64,000 bases of DNA from Candidatus Nomurabacteria bacterium (GTDB lineage Bacteria > Patescibacteriota > Saccharimonadia > Saccharimonadales > CAIOMD01), in contig JACKGO010000001.1 in the NCBI GenBank assembly GCA_020631975.1, positions 67,409-131,408 on the forward strand. The letters run 5' to 3'. Below, in pieces: positions 1 through 9,677 of the stretch (the first letter of the stretch is position 1; the number at the start of each line of letters is the position of its first letter). The notes beneath the pieces were generated by a model. That model made no database searches. It had not been told where the DNA came from and saw only the letters and a list, made by a program, of their open reading frames with translations. The translations under genes were made by a program, and so were the position numbers.

Positions 1-374
1 TTGTTGGTATGGGTAACAAAGAAATCAAACACACCGTGCCCCGCGTGCTCAATATTGTTGGCTTAAGCAACAAGGCAGATAGCTACCCAAGCGAACTTTC
101 TGGTGGTGAACGCCAACGTGTTGCCATTGCCCGTGCCATTGCCCGCCAACCGCGCATTCTTATAGCCGATGAGCCTACTGGTAACCTAGATCCCAAACAC
201 GCGTGGGACGTCATAGAAGTGCTCGAACGCATTAATAAATATGGTACAACAGTACTACTTACCACCCACAACCAAGATATTGTCCAAAAGCTCAACCGCC
301 GTATTGTAACGATTCAAGATGGTAAAGTAGTGAGCGATAAAGCTGGTAACGCAAGGGGTAGGCAAACTATATGA
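1..374 (+). CDS. ftsE: Cell-division ABC ATPase FtsE, C-terminal part (gene starts upstream of the window)
   Basis: The frame is open to the window edge. ABC signature and Walker B are present (LSGGERQRVAIARAIARQPRILIADEPTGNLD), as is the H-loop (TTHN). The stop overlaps the next gene's start (ATGA at 371-374). Confidence 0.85.
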   Translation, partial: VGMGNKEIKHTVPRVLNIVGLSNKADSYPSELSGGERQRVAIARAIARQPRILIADEPTGNLDPKHAWDVIEVLERINKYGTTVLLTTHNQDIVQKLNRRIVTIQDGKVVSDKAGNARGRQTI

Positions 375-1309
375 TGCGGCATCTTATAACTTTGCGGCGT
401 ATTTTTGCGGCGGGAATTAAGAATTTTTTTAGAAATTCATGGCTCTCTATTGCAGCGACGGCCGTTATGGTAGTAGCGCTGGCAATTGTGCTGATGGCAG
501 TCGTATTAAATGTTGTAACACGTAGCGCAATAGCAGAGCTCTCTACCAACTTAAAAGTGTCTGTCTATTTACAAGATAATACCGATGAAGCGTTACGTAA
601 AGAACTGCAAAACGAATTTTTTACCAATAGTAATGTAGATAAAGTGACCTTTATTAGCAAAGAAGAAGCCCAAAAGCAGTTTGCGGCTAGCTTTCAAGAA
701 GATAAAAAATTACTAGAAGGCTTGGCCTTAATTGGTGGTAACACATTGCCGGCATCGTTTGAAGTTGGTGTGACCGATTTATCTAAGCTAGAAGACGTCG
801 GCAATACCGCTAAGCAAGAAAAATACGCCAGTATTGTAGAAAGTGTTAGCCTTGGTAAAACAGATGTTAAAAAAACCATAGACAGGGCAGCTAATGCCCA
901 GAACTTTATCACATCTGCCAGTATAATTGCTGCGAGCATTTTTGCCGTCGTGAGCATGCTTATTATATTTAACACAATTCGTATGGCTATTTTTACCCGT
1001 TCAGAAGAGATCCGCACCCAAAAATTATTAGGTGCGACACCTGGTTACATTCGTGGCCCATTTTTGGTTGAATCTAGTATGTATGGTGTTATAGCAGGTA
1101 TTGTGGCATCTAGTATTGTACTGGCAGCGATATATTCGTTAGGTAACAAAGTATCTGGCCAAGCCGAATTTATAGAGAGCTATGACTTTTTAACAAAGCC
1201 AAGCACCATCTTTGCCATGTACGCCGCCAGTATGTTACTGGGCATTTTAGTCGGTATATTTTCTAGTACGCTGGCGATGGGGCGTTATTTAAAACTCAAG
1301 CACTGGTAA
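371..1309 (+). CDS. ftsX: Cell-division permease-like protein FtsX
   Basis: 312 aa with an N-terminal TM, a large extracytoplasmic loop and three C-terminal TMs. It is translationally coupled to ftsE. Confidence 0.8.
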   Translation: MMRHLITLRRIFAAGIKNFFRNSWLSIAATAVMVVALAIVLMAVVLNVVTRSAIAELSTNLKVSVYLQDNTDEALRKELQNEFFTNSNVDKVTFISKEEAQKQFAASFQEDKKLLEGLALIGGNTLPASFEVGVTDLSKLEDVGNTAKQEKYASIVESVSLGKTDVKKTIDRAANAQNFITSASIIAASIFAVVSMLIIFNTIRMAIFTRSEEIRTQKLLGATPGYIRGPFLVESSMYGVIAGIVASSIVLAAIYSLGNKVSGQAEFIESYDFLTKPSTIFAMYAASMLLGILVGIFSSTLAMGRYLKLKHW

Positions 1310-1400
1310 CTTTTCTATTTTGTTCGCTTACAGGTGTTAAGATTGTACGCACTGGTATTGACGCTTATGCTATGAAAGTGGTATAATCATAAGCGTAACA

Positions 1401-2558
1401 ATGCTGCACATTACAAACAAACACCATAAAAAAATCATTTTAATCGCAGCAGCAATCGTATTTGCTGTTTCGCCTGTTTTGGTATACGTAAATCATGGTG
1501 CCAAGGCAGAAACGAGCGAAGAACTCCGTAACCGTGCCAAAGCACTAGAAGAGCAGATTAAGCAAAACAATGCCGCCGCCGAGCAGCTTGCTAACGAAGC
1601 CGATGGCTTAAAGCGCAAAATTGGTGAACTAGACGCGCAAATTACTGGTGTCAATGCTCAAATCCAACTAACGAATGTCAAACTCCAAGAACTAGAAATT
1701 AAGTTAAATGATGCCCAAAAAGAACTAGACAGGCAAAAAGAATTATTGCGCGCTAGCGTCGTGGCACTCTATAAAAAGGGTGGGGCTTCTGGCGTAGAGC
1801 TTATTGTTGGTAGTGATAGTTTTACATCGTACTTTAACGAACAAACATATTTAGAGCGGCTAAAAAGTGGCGTCCAAGATTCAACCGAAAAGGTGATTGC
1901 CCTAAAACAACAAATACAAGCCCAAAAAGAAGAACAAAAGTCACTGCTAGAACAGCAGAAAGCCCAAAAAGACTCACTAGCGTCTGCCAAGTCTGAACGA
2001 CAACAAATTTTAAGTGATACCCAAGGCCGTGAAGCTGAATATAGAGAGCGCACTAAAAAGCTCGTGGCAGATCAGCGTAAAATATTTGAAGAACTTCTTT
2101 TAAGAAGCCGCGTGGTTACTTCTGTAGGAAGCGGTGGCTACCCGTGGGATAGTGCTACGTGCGCTGTCACAGGACGCACCAATGGCGACTGCTGGGATTA
2201 CGAATGGATTTACAATGGTGGCAGATTAGACCCATGGGGTTATTATTATCGCAACTGTACCTCATACGTAGCATGGCGTATTGCCAGCACGGGTCGTGAT
2301 ATGTATCGCCAAATGGGTAATGGCGGTCAATGGGTCAATAGCGCACGGGCAAAAGGTATACCAACTGGTAATTCACCACGAGTTGGTGCAGCCGCTGTGT
2401 TTAGTATCGGTTATTATGGTCACGTTGCGTATGTAGAAGAAGTGCTTGATGGCGGTTCTAAAATTCGTATTAGCGAATACAACTTTGTACAAGACGGTAT
2501 ATATTCTGAACGTATTATGAGTTCGTCTGTGCCATCTGGGTACGTGTACTTCCAGTAA
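1401..2558 (+). CDS. Secreted coiled-coil + CHAP-domain peptidoglycan hydrolase (PcsB/CwlO-like partner of FtsEX)
   Basis: N-terminal TM/signal, then about 200 aa of heptad-rich coiled coil. The C-terminal CHAP domain has a Cys motif (YRNCTSYVAWR) and a His motif (YYGHVAYVEE). The gene lies directly after ftsEX. Confidence 0.75.
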   Translation: MLHITNKHHKKIILIAAAIVFAVSPVLVYVNHGAKAETSEELRNRAKALEEQIKQNNAAAEQLANEADGLKRKIGELDAQITGVNAQIQLTNVKLQELEIKLNDAQKELDRQKELLRASVVALYKKGGASGVELIVGSDSFTSYFNEQTYLERLKSGVQDSTEKVIALKQQIQAQKEEQKSLLEQQKAQKDSLASAKSERQQILSDTQGREAEYRERTKKLVADQRKIFEELLLRSRVVTSVGSGGYPWDSATCAVTGRTNGDCWDYEWIYNGGRLDPWGYYYRNCTSYVAWRIASTGRDMYRQMGNGGQWVNSARAKGIPTGNSPRVGAAAVFSIGYYGHVAYVEEVLDGGSKIRISEYNFVQDGIYSERIMSSSVPSGYVYFQ

Positions 2559-2629
2559 GCCCTGTACTTTGTGAGCGCGTAACTTTGCTATTTTTAAATT
2601 GCTCGCTAACTGCTACAATTACATAACGT

Positions 2630-3859
2630 ATGCAGACAAAAAAGACAGGTAGTAAAAGGCGGTGGGTAGTGCCATTCACACGTGGCGTGTTGCTTGCAGC
2701 AGCCTTTGGGCTGGTGTTCTTTTCTGGTATACAGATTGGCAGCGGGGCGTGGTCTTTATCGTTTAGCAGGCAAGCTGTTCAGTCTAACAAAGGGCTACCA
2801 AACAGGCTCGACTACAGTAGTGTAGACAAAGTATATAACGATTTACGCCAAAAATTTGATGGCCCACTAGATGAACAAAAACTTATAGATGGATTAAAAA
2901 AAGGCTTGGTAGAAGCAGCGGGTGATCCGTACACCGTCTTTTTAAATGAAGAAGAAGCCAATGCTTTTGCTGATGATTTGGCAGGAGTTTTTACCGGTAT
3001 AGGGGCGAGGCTCGAAAAAGATGGTGAATATGTGATTGTAGAAACTCCTTTGCAAGGCTACCCAGCCGAAGCAGCCGGGCTAAAAGCTAAAGATATAATT
3101 ATAGAAATTGACGGCCAAGATGCAACTGGAATAAGCACAGCCGAGGCTGTAAAACGAATTCGTGGCGAAGAAGGCACAAGTGTAAAACTTGTGGTTGTAC
3201 GCAACGGTAACGAACGCTTAGAATTTACCATTGTACGCGAAAAAATCGATGTACCAAGCCTAGAAACCAGCTACACAGATGATGGAACTATTGGAATTAT
3301 ATCTATTAGTCAGTTCTCACAAGACACCTTGGGGCTTATGGACAAAGCTGTGGCAGAATTTACCCAAAAAGGGGTAAAGGGCATTATTGTAGATGTGCGT
3401 AATAACCCAGGTGGATTCTTAAACAGTTCTGTAGACATTGCAGGTAAGTGGCTCACCCCCGGGCAAACGATTGTAGAAGAACGCCGCGATAACAAAACGG
3501 TAGAAAAGTTTAGCGCCAAAACAAAGGGTGCGCTAAATGGTATTCCAACCGTCGTATTAGTAAACGAAGGTAGTGCCAGTGCCAGCGAAATTCTTGCAGG
3601 GGCGCTTAAAGACAACGGTGCTGCCAAATTAGTTGGTGTCACGACATTCGGTAAGGGTAGCGTGCAAGAAACTGTCCGTTACGATAAAGGCGGCTTGCTA
3701 AAAGTAACTGTGGCACGGTGGTTTACGCCAAATGGTCAAAACATCAGCGAAAGCGGTATTGAACCAGACGTTAAAGTAGAAATTACCGAACAAGACGTAA
3801 CAGATAAGAAAGATCCTCAAAAAGACAAAGCGATTGCAGAGCTGAAAGCTCAGTTTTAA
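2630..3859 (+). CDS. ctpA: S41 carboxy-terminal processing peptidase with PDZ domain
   Basis: N-terminal TM, a PDZ-like block (GYPAEAAGLKAKDIIIEIDG) and S41 catalytic blocks (NEGSASASEILAGALKDN, TFGKGSVQ). Confidence 0.8.
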   Translation: MQTKKTGSKRRWVVPFTRGVLLAAAFGLVFFSGIQIGSGAWSLSFSRQAVQSNKGLPNRLDYSSVDKVYNDLRQKFDGPLDEQKLIDGLKKGLVEAAGDPYTVFLNEEEANAFADDLAGVFTGIGARLEKDGEYVIVETPLQGYPAEAAGLKAKDIIIEIDGQDATGISTAEAVKRIRGEEGTSVKLVVVRNGNERLEFTIVREKIDVPSLETSYTDDGTIGIISISQFSQDTLGLMDKAVAEFTQKGVKGIIVDVRNNPGGFLNSSVDIAGKWLTPGQTIVEERRDNKTVEKFSAKTKGALNGIPTVVLVNEGSASASEILAGALKDNGAAKLVGVTTFGKGSVQETVRYDKGGLLKVTVARWFTPNGQNISESGIEPDVKVEITEQDVTDKKDPQKDKAIAELKAQF

Positions 3860-3917
3860 CTTAACGCGTGAGTGGTATAATATAAGGTATAGATAAATAA
3901 TAAGGAAACATACGCAT

Positions 3918-4313
3918 ATGGATTTACAACACGGCGACGCTACTGGTAAAAAAATATTACTCGTAGAAGACGATGAAGGTTTAGCAAGTGTCTATCAAAC
4001 TCGGTTAGAAGCAGAAAACTTTACGGTACGGCGCGTACCAAATGGCGAAGACGCGCTAGCTGCTGCTATAGAATTTAAGCCTGATTTAATTTTATTAGAC
4101 GCCATGATGCCAAAAGTAAGTGGTTTTGATGTACTAGACATTTTGCGTAACACCCCAGAAACAACCAATATTCGTATTATTATGCTTACGGCATTAAGCC
4201 AAGAGGCAGACCAACAACGTGCAGAAGAACTTGGTGTAGACGAATACTTGGTAAAAAGCCAAGTTGTCATTGCAGATGTCGTAGAGCGTATCAAACACCA
4301 CCTCGGCCTGTAA
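3918..4313 (+). CDS. Stand-alone response-regulator receiver domain (CheY-like)
   Basis: Acidic pocket VEDDEG, phospho-acceptor LILLDAMMP, then MLTALS and YLVKS. It is a close paralog of the receiver of the 42370-43914 protein. Confidence 0.8.
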   Translation: MDLQHGDATGKKILLVEDDEGLASVYQTRLEAENFTVRRVPNGEDALAAAIEFKPDLILLDAMMPKVSGFDVLDILRNTPETTNIRIIMLTALSQEADQQRAEELGVDEYLVKSQVVIADVVERIKHHLGL

Positions 4314-4464
4314 AAATTAATACTAATAGCAAGTTCTTAGGGTAGCAATACTTATGGTTGCTCTATTTGTGCTCAATGTACCTTGTGTGATGGTATAGAA
4401 CAGCCATATATTGACAAATTGTAAAAAATATACTACTATACATACATATTATTTAAATATAAAA

Positions 4465-5139
4465 ATGCTACAACAAATTGATAAAGCTCCAGAAACTATA
4501 CAAGACTACCCAGACACTATTGGTATTCTTCAATTACCATACAAGTTAAAAATACCAAGAAATTTCGGTGAAAGAGCAGCGCTACTGTCGAATTATACGC
4601 TAGTAGATTGGAAAACTGTGATTGATGAAGTACACGCAGTTGTTGCCCCGGGGAGTCCAACGGAACAAACATCCTACCAAATGTATGTGCAAAACCCAGA
4701 TGGCAATAATAGACAACCACTAATGGCACCAGTAGATAGAACGCCATTCGTAGAACGCAGTATATCTAAAATCGCTGAATTATCTACGGTCGTAACAGCA
4801 GATACGGTAGAAGCATTTTTAAGGCGTCTAGCCAATGTTGTGGGTTTAATGATCGTAGAAGCTCACCCTTATCGTGATGGAAACGGGCGTACTGCCCGTA
4901 CAGTGGCTCAACTGGTGCGTGGAGATATAAACAGTCAAGATTATGATGATGATTTACAGCTAGTTGCCAAGAGTAGACCAACAGAGGGATATAGGATTAA
5001 TTCATTTAGAAAGCGACATGATGCAATGCCTCCTGACAGTATAATTGATGCATTAATTAGTTCTGACATACCGCTGAGCGACACCATAGCATATACAAAA
5101 AGAGTCCACGATGTTATCTGGACTCCCTATGGCGAGTAA
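4465..5139 (+). CDS. Fic/DOC-family protein (AMPylase-type)
   Basis: Fic motif HPYRDGNGRTAR (HxFx[DE]GNGRxxR with F->Y). The start was moved from the track's TTG 4411 to ATG 4465, because TTG 4411 is part of a TTGACA promoter-like hexamer. Confidence 0.7.
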   Translation: MLQQIDKAPETIQDYPDTIGILQLPYKLKIPRNFGERAALLSNYTLVDWKTVIDEVHAVVAPGSPTEQTSYQMYVQNPDGNNRQPLMAPVDRTPFVERSISKIAELSTVVTADTVEAFLRRLANVVGLMIVEAHPYRDGNGRTARTVAQLVRGDINSQDYDDDLQLVAKSRPTEGYRINSFRKRHDAMPPDSIIDALISSDIPLSDTIAYTKRVHDVIWTPYGE

Positions 5140-5146
5140 GCCATAA

Positions 5147-5419
5147 TTATTTAACGATGACTTCGGTACGAGGAACAGTTTTACCAGTGTAGGTACGTAC
5201 TTTTCTGGTCATAAAGTGTACAACACCATCTTTAGCGGCATGAATCGTAAAATTACGTGCTATAAATGTGCCTTCGCCAGCAATTTTTGTTTGACCAACT
5301 TGGCGCACAAGTACTTCACCAGTCCGTACAGTTTGGCCACCAAAGCGTTTTACACCAAGCCGTTGGCCGGGACTATCGTGGTTGTTCTTGCTTGTTCCAC
5401 CAGCTTTAACGTGTGACAT
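5147..5419 (-). CDS. rpmA: 50S ribosomal protein L27
   Basis: MSHVKAGGTSKNNHDSPGQRLGVKRFGGQ...VRQ.G matches the universal L27 N-terminus (AHKKAGGS..GRDS..KRLGVK). Confidence 0.9.
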   Translation of the reverse strand: MSHVKAGGTSKNNHDSPGQRLGVKRFGGQTVRTGEVLVRQVGQTKIAGEGTFIARNFTIHAAKDGVVHFMTRKVRTYTGKTVPRTEVIVK

Positions 5420-5439
5420 AGGGCTCCTTACGTTTTAGG

Positions 5440-6636
5440 TTAGTTCTTTTGTAATACCACGAGCTCTCGACCTACAAATTGATTATCTCTAATATATATC
5501 AAGTCTTTAGCTTTAGCGTGCGTAAATTCTATACGATTGTACCCCATTTTATCTAATTGGTCAAGGATGGGCAGGTGAGCAAAGCCTTTTTTAGTACGCC
5601 ATGCCGGAACAGCAAGACACAAGCGTGTGTTAGTGGAAATTTGACTATGGATATTAATGAGCACTTTTTTGTGAAGCGTATTTACACTTTGGACTAAATC
5701 TACAAGATCAGATTGCCGTAGCAAGCCTGTAAGCGGGCGGCCAAGGTACGTTTCTGCCACAATAAAATCTAGTGGTGCTTGCCATGTGTAAGAGCTAGCA
5801 TCACCTACCTGCAAACGTATATTCTTAGGTATATGCGTGTTGCGCTCTGTAAGCCAACGAAGGTTTTGCTGGGAATAATCAATCATTCGTGGCTCTAGGT
5901 CGGTCCCGTAAACGTCGTAGCCCATAAGTAAAGCCTCTTGTAATATTACTCCAGTACCACAAAAGGGATCTAACACTGTGTGTCCAGCTGGTTGCCGAGC
6001 CGTCGTCTTGCCCGTAGCCAAGTTGATAATTGTTTGCGCCAGCTTGGGGGGCAGCATACCAACCCGAGCATCGCGCATTGGACGCGCCTGATCACGAGCA
6101 GTATATGCTTCGATATCCTGTTCGTACACAGATGTTGCGTAGTGCAATGCACCAGCTTGCTTAAACATGACAAATTCAATACCATGAGGCGCCGTTAAAT
6201 TATTATGTATTACTTGTGCGCTCCCAAGTATTGGTGATTTATTAGGCACAATACGTACCGAATAACCTTCTTTTTTAAGTTCTTTTTTTAAGGTAAGCCC
6301 AAGCTGGCCTAGCGTATGGCGAGAAAACGTTTTTGAATAATCACTGATGCCTATTTTAAGCTTTACTCCTTGTTCGTATGGGTGCTCGCTTGCAATATAT
6401 TTATAAAAAGCGCTCACCACTGCATGAGCAGAGGGCGTATCAATAGTTTGGTGTACTTTTGCAAATTTAATAACAGAACCAAAACGTGCAAAGGGAATGG
6501 TATGGTCGTAGGCAATATTCGCTACACCACCCCCAATTGGAGTAATAGCCTGCGTACCAAGCAAACTTTCTAGTTCTGCCAAACCAAATTCTGGTTGTCT
6601 ACCTAACACAGCAATATATTGCATACTCGGTCTCAT
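5440..6636 (-). CDS. Class I SAM-dependent RNA methyltransferase (UPF0020 / Trm11-RlmL-like)
   Basis: MLPPKLAQTIINLA, then motif I VLDPFCGTGVILQEA and GYDVYGTDLEP. The N-terminal half looks like a substrate-binding domain. Confidence 0.6.
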   Translation of the reverse strand: MRPSMQYIAVLGRQPEFGLAELESLLGTQAITPIGGGVANIAYDHTIPFARFGSVIKFAKVHQTIDTPSAHAVVSAFYKYIASEHPYEQGVKLKIGISDYSKTFSRHTLGQLGLTLKKELKKEGYSVRIVPNKSPILGSAQVIHNNLTAPHGIEFVMFKQAGALHYATSVYEQDIEAYTARDQARPMRDARVGMLPPKLAQTIINLATGKTTARQPAGHTVLDPFCGTGVILQEALLMGYDVYGTDLEPRMIDYSQQNLRWLTERNTHIPKNIRLQVGDASSYTWQAPLDFIVAETYLGRPLTGLLRQSDLVDLVQSVNTLHKKVLINIHSQISTNTRLCLAVPAWRTKKGFAHLPILDQLDKMGYNRIEFTHAKAKDLIYIRDNQFVGRELVVLQKN

Positions 6637-6725
6637 TATAACGTACTGTACCGTATTAGTATGTACACTATCTCCAGCTTATATAGGGGTTACATTATGT
6701 TCATCTGATATAATAAACAGCGTCT

Positions 6726-7793
6726 ATGCTTTCTAAGCGCGTAAAAATAATTATCAATGCCGTTACAATCATTGCTCTTATTGTGCTAATTTACTTTTCT
6801 TGGCCACAAATTACCGAAGGCCTCAAAGAAATAGGTGGGGCAAAGTGGTCTATTATTGCGCTAATGATACCGCTGCAAGTATTTAACTTTTTTGCAGTTG
6901 GCATGATTTATTACAGCTATTTTACAAGTCATCGCCATAGCCGTGTCACAAAAAAGAATATGTTTAAGGTAGCGCTAGAGCTTAACTTTGTAAACCATGT
7001 GTTCCCAAGTGGTGGGGTGGCTGGGTTTACGTATTTGGGGTACAGAATGAAGCACTACGGTGTGGCGGTATCACGCACAACACTTGCACAGTCATTACGC
7101 TTTGCCTTAACCTTTATAAGCTTTCTGATACTACTTTTTTTTGGGTTATTTATGCTGAGCTTTGGTGATCGCAGTAGTGGTGTAACGTTATATATTGGTT
7201 TATCAATTGCATTTTTGACTTTATTTGGCACGATGCTCGCCGTGTTTATCATTAGTGATGAAGGCCGTATAAAAGCCTTTACAGCTTTTTTGCCACGGTT
7301 AGTAAATGCGGTCCTAAAGCCATTCAAAAAAAAGCGTGGCAATGCCATAGACCTAGAAAAAATCGAAAAGCTGTTTGGCGATCTGCACACCGATTACGAA
7401 GAACTTATGAAGGACAGAAAAAAGCTAAAAAAGCCCTTTATGTGGGCCTTGCTTGTAAATATTTCTGAGGTGCTCACCATATATTTAGCATATTTGGCCT
7501 TAGGGCAAGTGGTGAATCCTGGCGCGGTGATACTGGCGTATTCGGTTGCTTCTTTTGCTGGTTTGGTATCTATACTACCCGGTGGTATAGGTGTATACGA
7601 GGCGCTTATGACCACTACATTAGCCGCATCTGGCGTACCAAAGGCGTTAGCGCTTTCTGCAACACTAATTTATCGAATTTTCACAATGATTATTTTTGTA
7701 CCAACTGGCTTTATTTTGTACCAACTGGCATTAAGAAAAGGCGAAACGGAACATATATCTCGCGATGCAACCGTTAGTACTGACACCAACTGA
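6726..7793 (+). CDS. Polytopic membrane protein, UPF0104 / lysyl-phosphatidylglycerol-synthase-TM (flippase-like) family
   Basis: About 8 TM helices and a conserved C-terminal PGGIGVYEA motif typical of this family. It is a paralog of 16007-16948. Confidence 0.6.
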   Translation: MLSKRVKIIINAVTIIALIVLIYFSWPQITEGLKEIGGAKWSIIALMIPLQVFNFFAVGMIYYSYFTSHRHSRVTKKNMFKVALELNFVNHVFPSGGVAGFTYLGYRMKHYGVAVSRTTLAQSLRFALTFISFLILLFFGLFMLSFGDRSSGVTLYIGLSIAFLTLFGTMLAVFIISDEGRIKAFTAFLPRLVNAVLKPFKKKRGNAIDLEKIEKLFGDLHTDYEELMKDRKKLKKPFMWALLVNISEVLTIYLAYLALGQVVNPGAVILAYSVASFAGLVSILPGGIGVYEALMTTTLAASGVPKALALSATLIYRIFTMIIFVPTGFILYQLALRKGETEHISRDATVSTDTN

Positions 7794-8889
7794 TTTTATC
7801 GCGACAACCAACCAGATTCTAGAAACGAGTTATGGCTTTTTTTATGTCGAAGGTGAGCTCAGCCAATTTAGAATAAGCAAAGGCAAGTGGGTGTATTTTG
7901 ATGTCATAGACGAACACGCTAAAGTGTCATTTTTTGGATCTGTCTATATGCTGCCAGGGCCATTGACAGATGGCATGATTGTCCGGGTGGGAGGTACGGC
8001 CAAACTACACCCGCAATACGGTTTTAGTGTAACGGCACAAAGTATTCAACCAACAGGGCAAGGATCTATCACCCAAGCAGTGGCACTTTTGGCCGCCAAG
8101 CTACAAAAAGAAGGCTTATTTGCTACTGAACGGAAACGGCTTTTACCTACGATACCTACTACCGTGGCGCTTGTAGCTAGTGTAGAATCGGCTGCGTATG
8201 CAGATTTTATTAAAGTAACAACTGCTCGTTGGCCATTTGCTAACATAGAAGTATACGATACGCTTGTGCAGGGAGAAAATGCTCCAGATAGTTTGGTGCG
8301 CGCCGTGCACGCTGCCAACACAGCGCCGATACTGGCGGACGTGTTGGTGATGACGCGCGGTGGTGGTAGCGCGGATGATTTAGCGGCATTCAATGATGAG
8401 CGTGTGGTGCGAGCGCTATCTGCCAGCAGAATACCTACCATGGTTGCAATAGGCCATGAAGTTGATGAATCACTGGCAGAACTCGTCGCAGATAAGCGCG
8501 CGAGCACACCAAGTAATGCTGCAGAACTATTATTTCCTGATAAAGCGCATGAACTTGCTACGGTGCAGGCTGTTCGGCGCAGCCTTGCGTCTTCTGCATC
8601 TTCTTTCACCGCAGTGGAACATAGCGCCTTACGCATGCAACAGCAGCGCTTGCAACGTGCCAGTGAAACGTTATTGCATGCGCACCAAACAATGCTTGCC
8701 CAACAACGTCAGTTACTGAGTTCGTATAACCCGAGTAATGTTTTGGCTAGAGGGTATGCAATTGTACAGAGTGGTGCCGCAGTGGTACAATCTGCGCGTC
8801 TGGCAGTCTCTAAACAACAAGTACACATAACGTTTCATGATGGAACTGTTGCCGCAAGCGTACAAAAACTAATTGATAATAAGGAGTAA
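7765..8889 (+). CDS. xseA: Exodeoxyribonuclease VII large subunit
   Basis: OB-fold N-terminus (YVEGELSQFRISKGKWVYFDV), catalytic core (VMTRGGGSADDL..FNDE), and a small-subunit gene immediately downstream. Confidence 0.8.
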   Translation: MQPLVLTPTDFIATTNQILETSYGFFYVEGELSQFRISKGKWVYFDVIDEHAKVSFFGSVYMLPGPLTDGMIVRVGGTAKLHPQYGFSVTAQSIQPTGQGSITQAVALLAAKLQKEGLFATERKRLLPTIPTTVALVASVESAAYADFIKVTTARWPFANIEVYDTLVQGENAPDSLVRAVHAANTAPILADVLVMTRGGGSADDLAAFNDERVVRALSASRIPTMVAIGHEVDESLAELVADKRASTPSNAAELLFPDKAHELATVQAVRRSLASSASSFTAVEHSALRMQQQRLQRASETLLHAHQTMLAQQRQLLSSYNPSNVLARGYAIVQSGAAVVQSARLAVSKQQVHITFHDGTVAASVQKLIDNKE

Positions 8890-8893
8890 TGTT

Positions 8894-9091
8894 ATGCCAA
8901 AAAAAGAATTTAATTACCCAGCTGCACGCCAAGAACTTAATGAACTTTTAGAATGGTTTGAATCTGGCGCAGCCGACTTAGACAAAGCACTGGCTAACTA
9001 CAAGCGAGCAGAAGAGCTGATATCCCAGATAGAATCATACTTAGGTGACATAGAAAAAAAGCTTCACATTAACGTACATAAAGCAGAATAA
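8894..9091 (+). CDS. xseB: Exodeoxyribonuclease VII small subunit
   Basis: 65 aa helical protein (ELNELLEWFESG..DLDKALANYKRAEELI). ATG 8894 was preferred over the upstream track start. Confidence 0.75.
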   Translation: MPKKEFNYPAARQELNELLEWFESGAADLDKALANYKRAEELISQIESYLGDIEKKLHINVHKAE

Positions 9092-9573
9092 TGTTTCTTA
9101 TTGTTATTGCGGCAGTAATCTTACTATATGGGTTTGTCGTTGTTATAGGCGCACCGTACGTGCCTACACTGACACAACAGCAAGCCGATGCGCTTGATTT
9201 ACTTGCGCTTAAGAAAGGCCAAACAGTATTGGATCTAGGGAGTGGAGATGGTAGATTTTTACGGGCGGCAGCTTTAAGTGGGTATAAAGCAGTTGGTATC
9301 GAGGCCAACCCGCTACTCGTTCTTATTGCCTATGCAGTGTGTTGGCGGCAGCGCCGTAACGTAACAATTATATGGGGTAATATGTGGCAAAAACAGTGGC
9401 CAGCTACTGACGGTATCTATGTTTTTTTACATAGCAGATTTATGCAAAAGCTGGATAATAAAGTTATTCAACAATATCATGGTAAAAATATCAAACTTGT
9501 GAGCTACGCCTTTAAAATACCGAGTAAAAAAATAGTTAAAAAACACAGTGGCATGTATTTATACTTCTATTAG
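9091..9573 (+). CDS. Membrane-anchored class I SAM-dependent methyltransferase
   Basis: N-terminal TM, then motif I VLDLGSGDGRFL and GIEANP. Confidence 0.6.
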   Translation: MFLIVIAAVILLYGFVVVIGAPYVPTLTQQQADALDLLALKKGQTVLDLGSGDGRFLRAAALSGYKAVGIEANPLLVLIAYAVCWRQRRNVTIIWGNMWQKQWPATDGIYVFLHSRFMQKLDNKVIQQYHGKNIKLVSYAFKIPSKKIVKKHSGMYLYFY

Positions 9574-9677
9574 GTAGGTACAGAGCGAAACTAAAAAACG
9601 TTTGAAAAACAAATTGATATATCTATAGCTAGTCCGATATCTACCATCTATTGCTAAAATCTGGTAGCATAAGAGGG

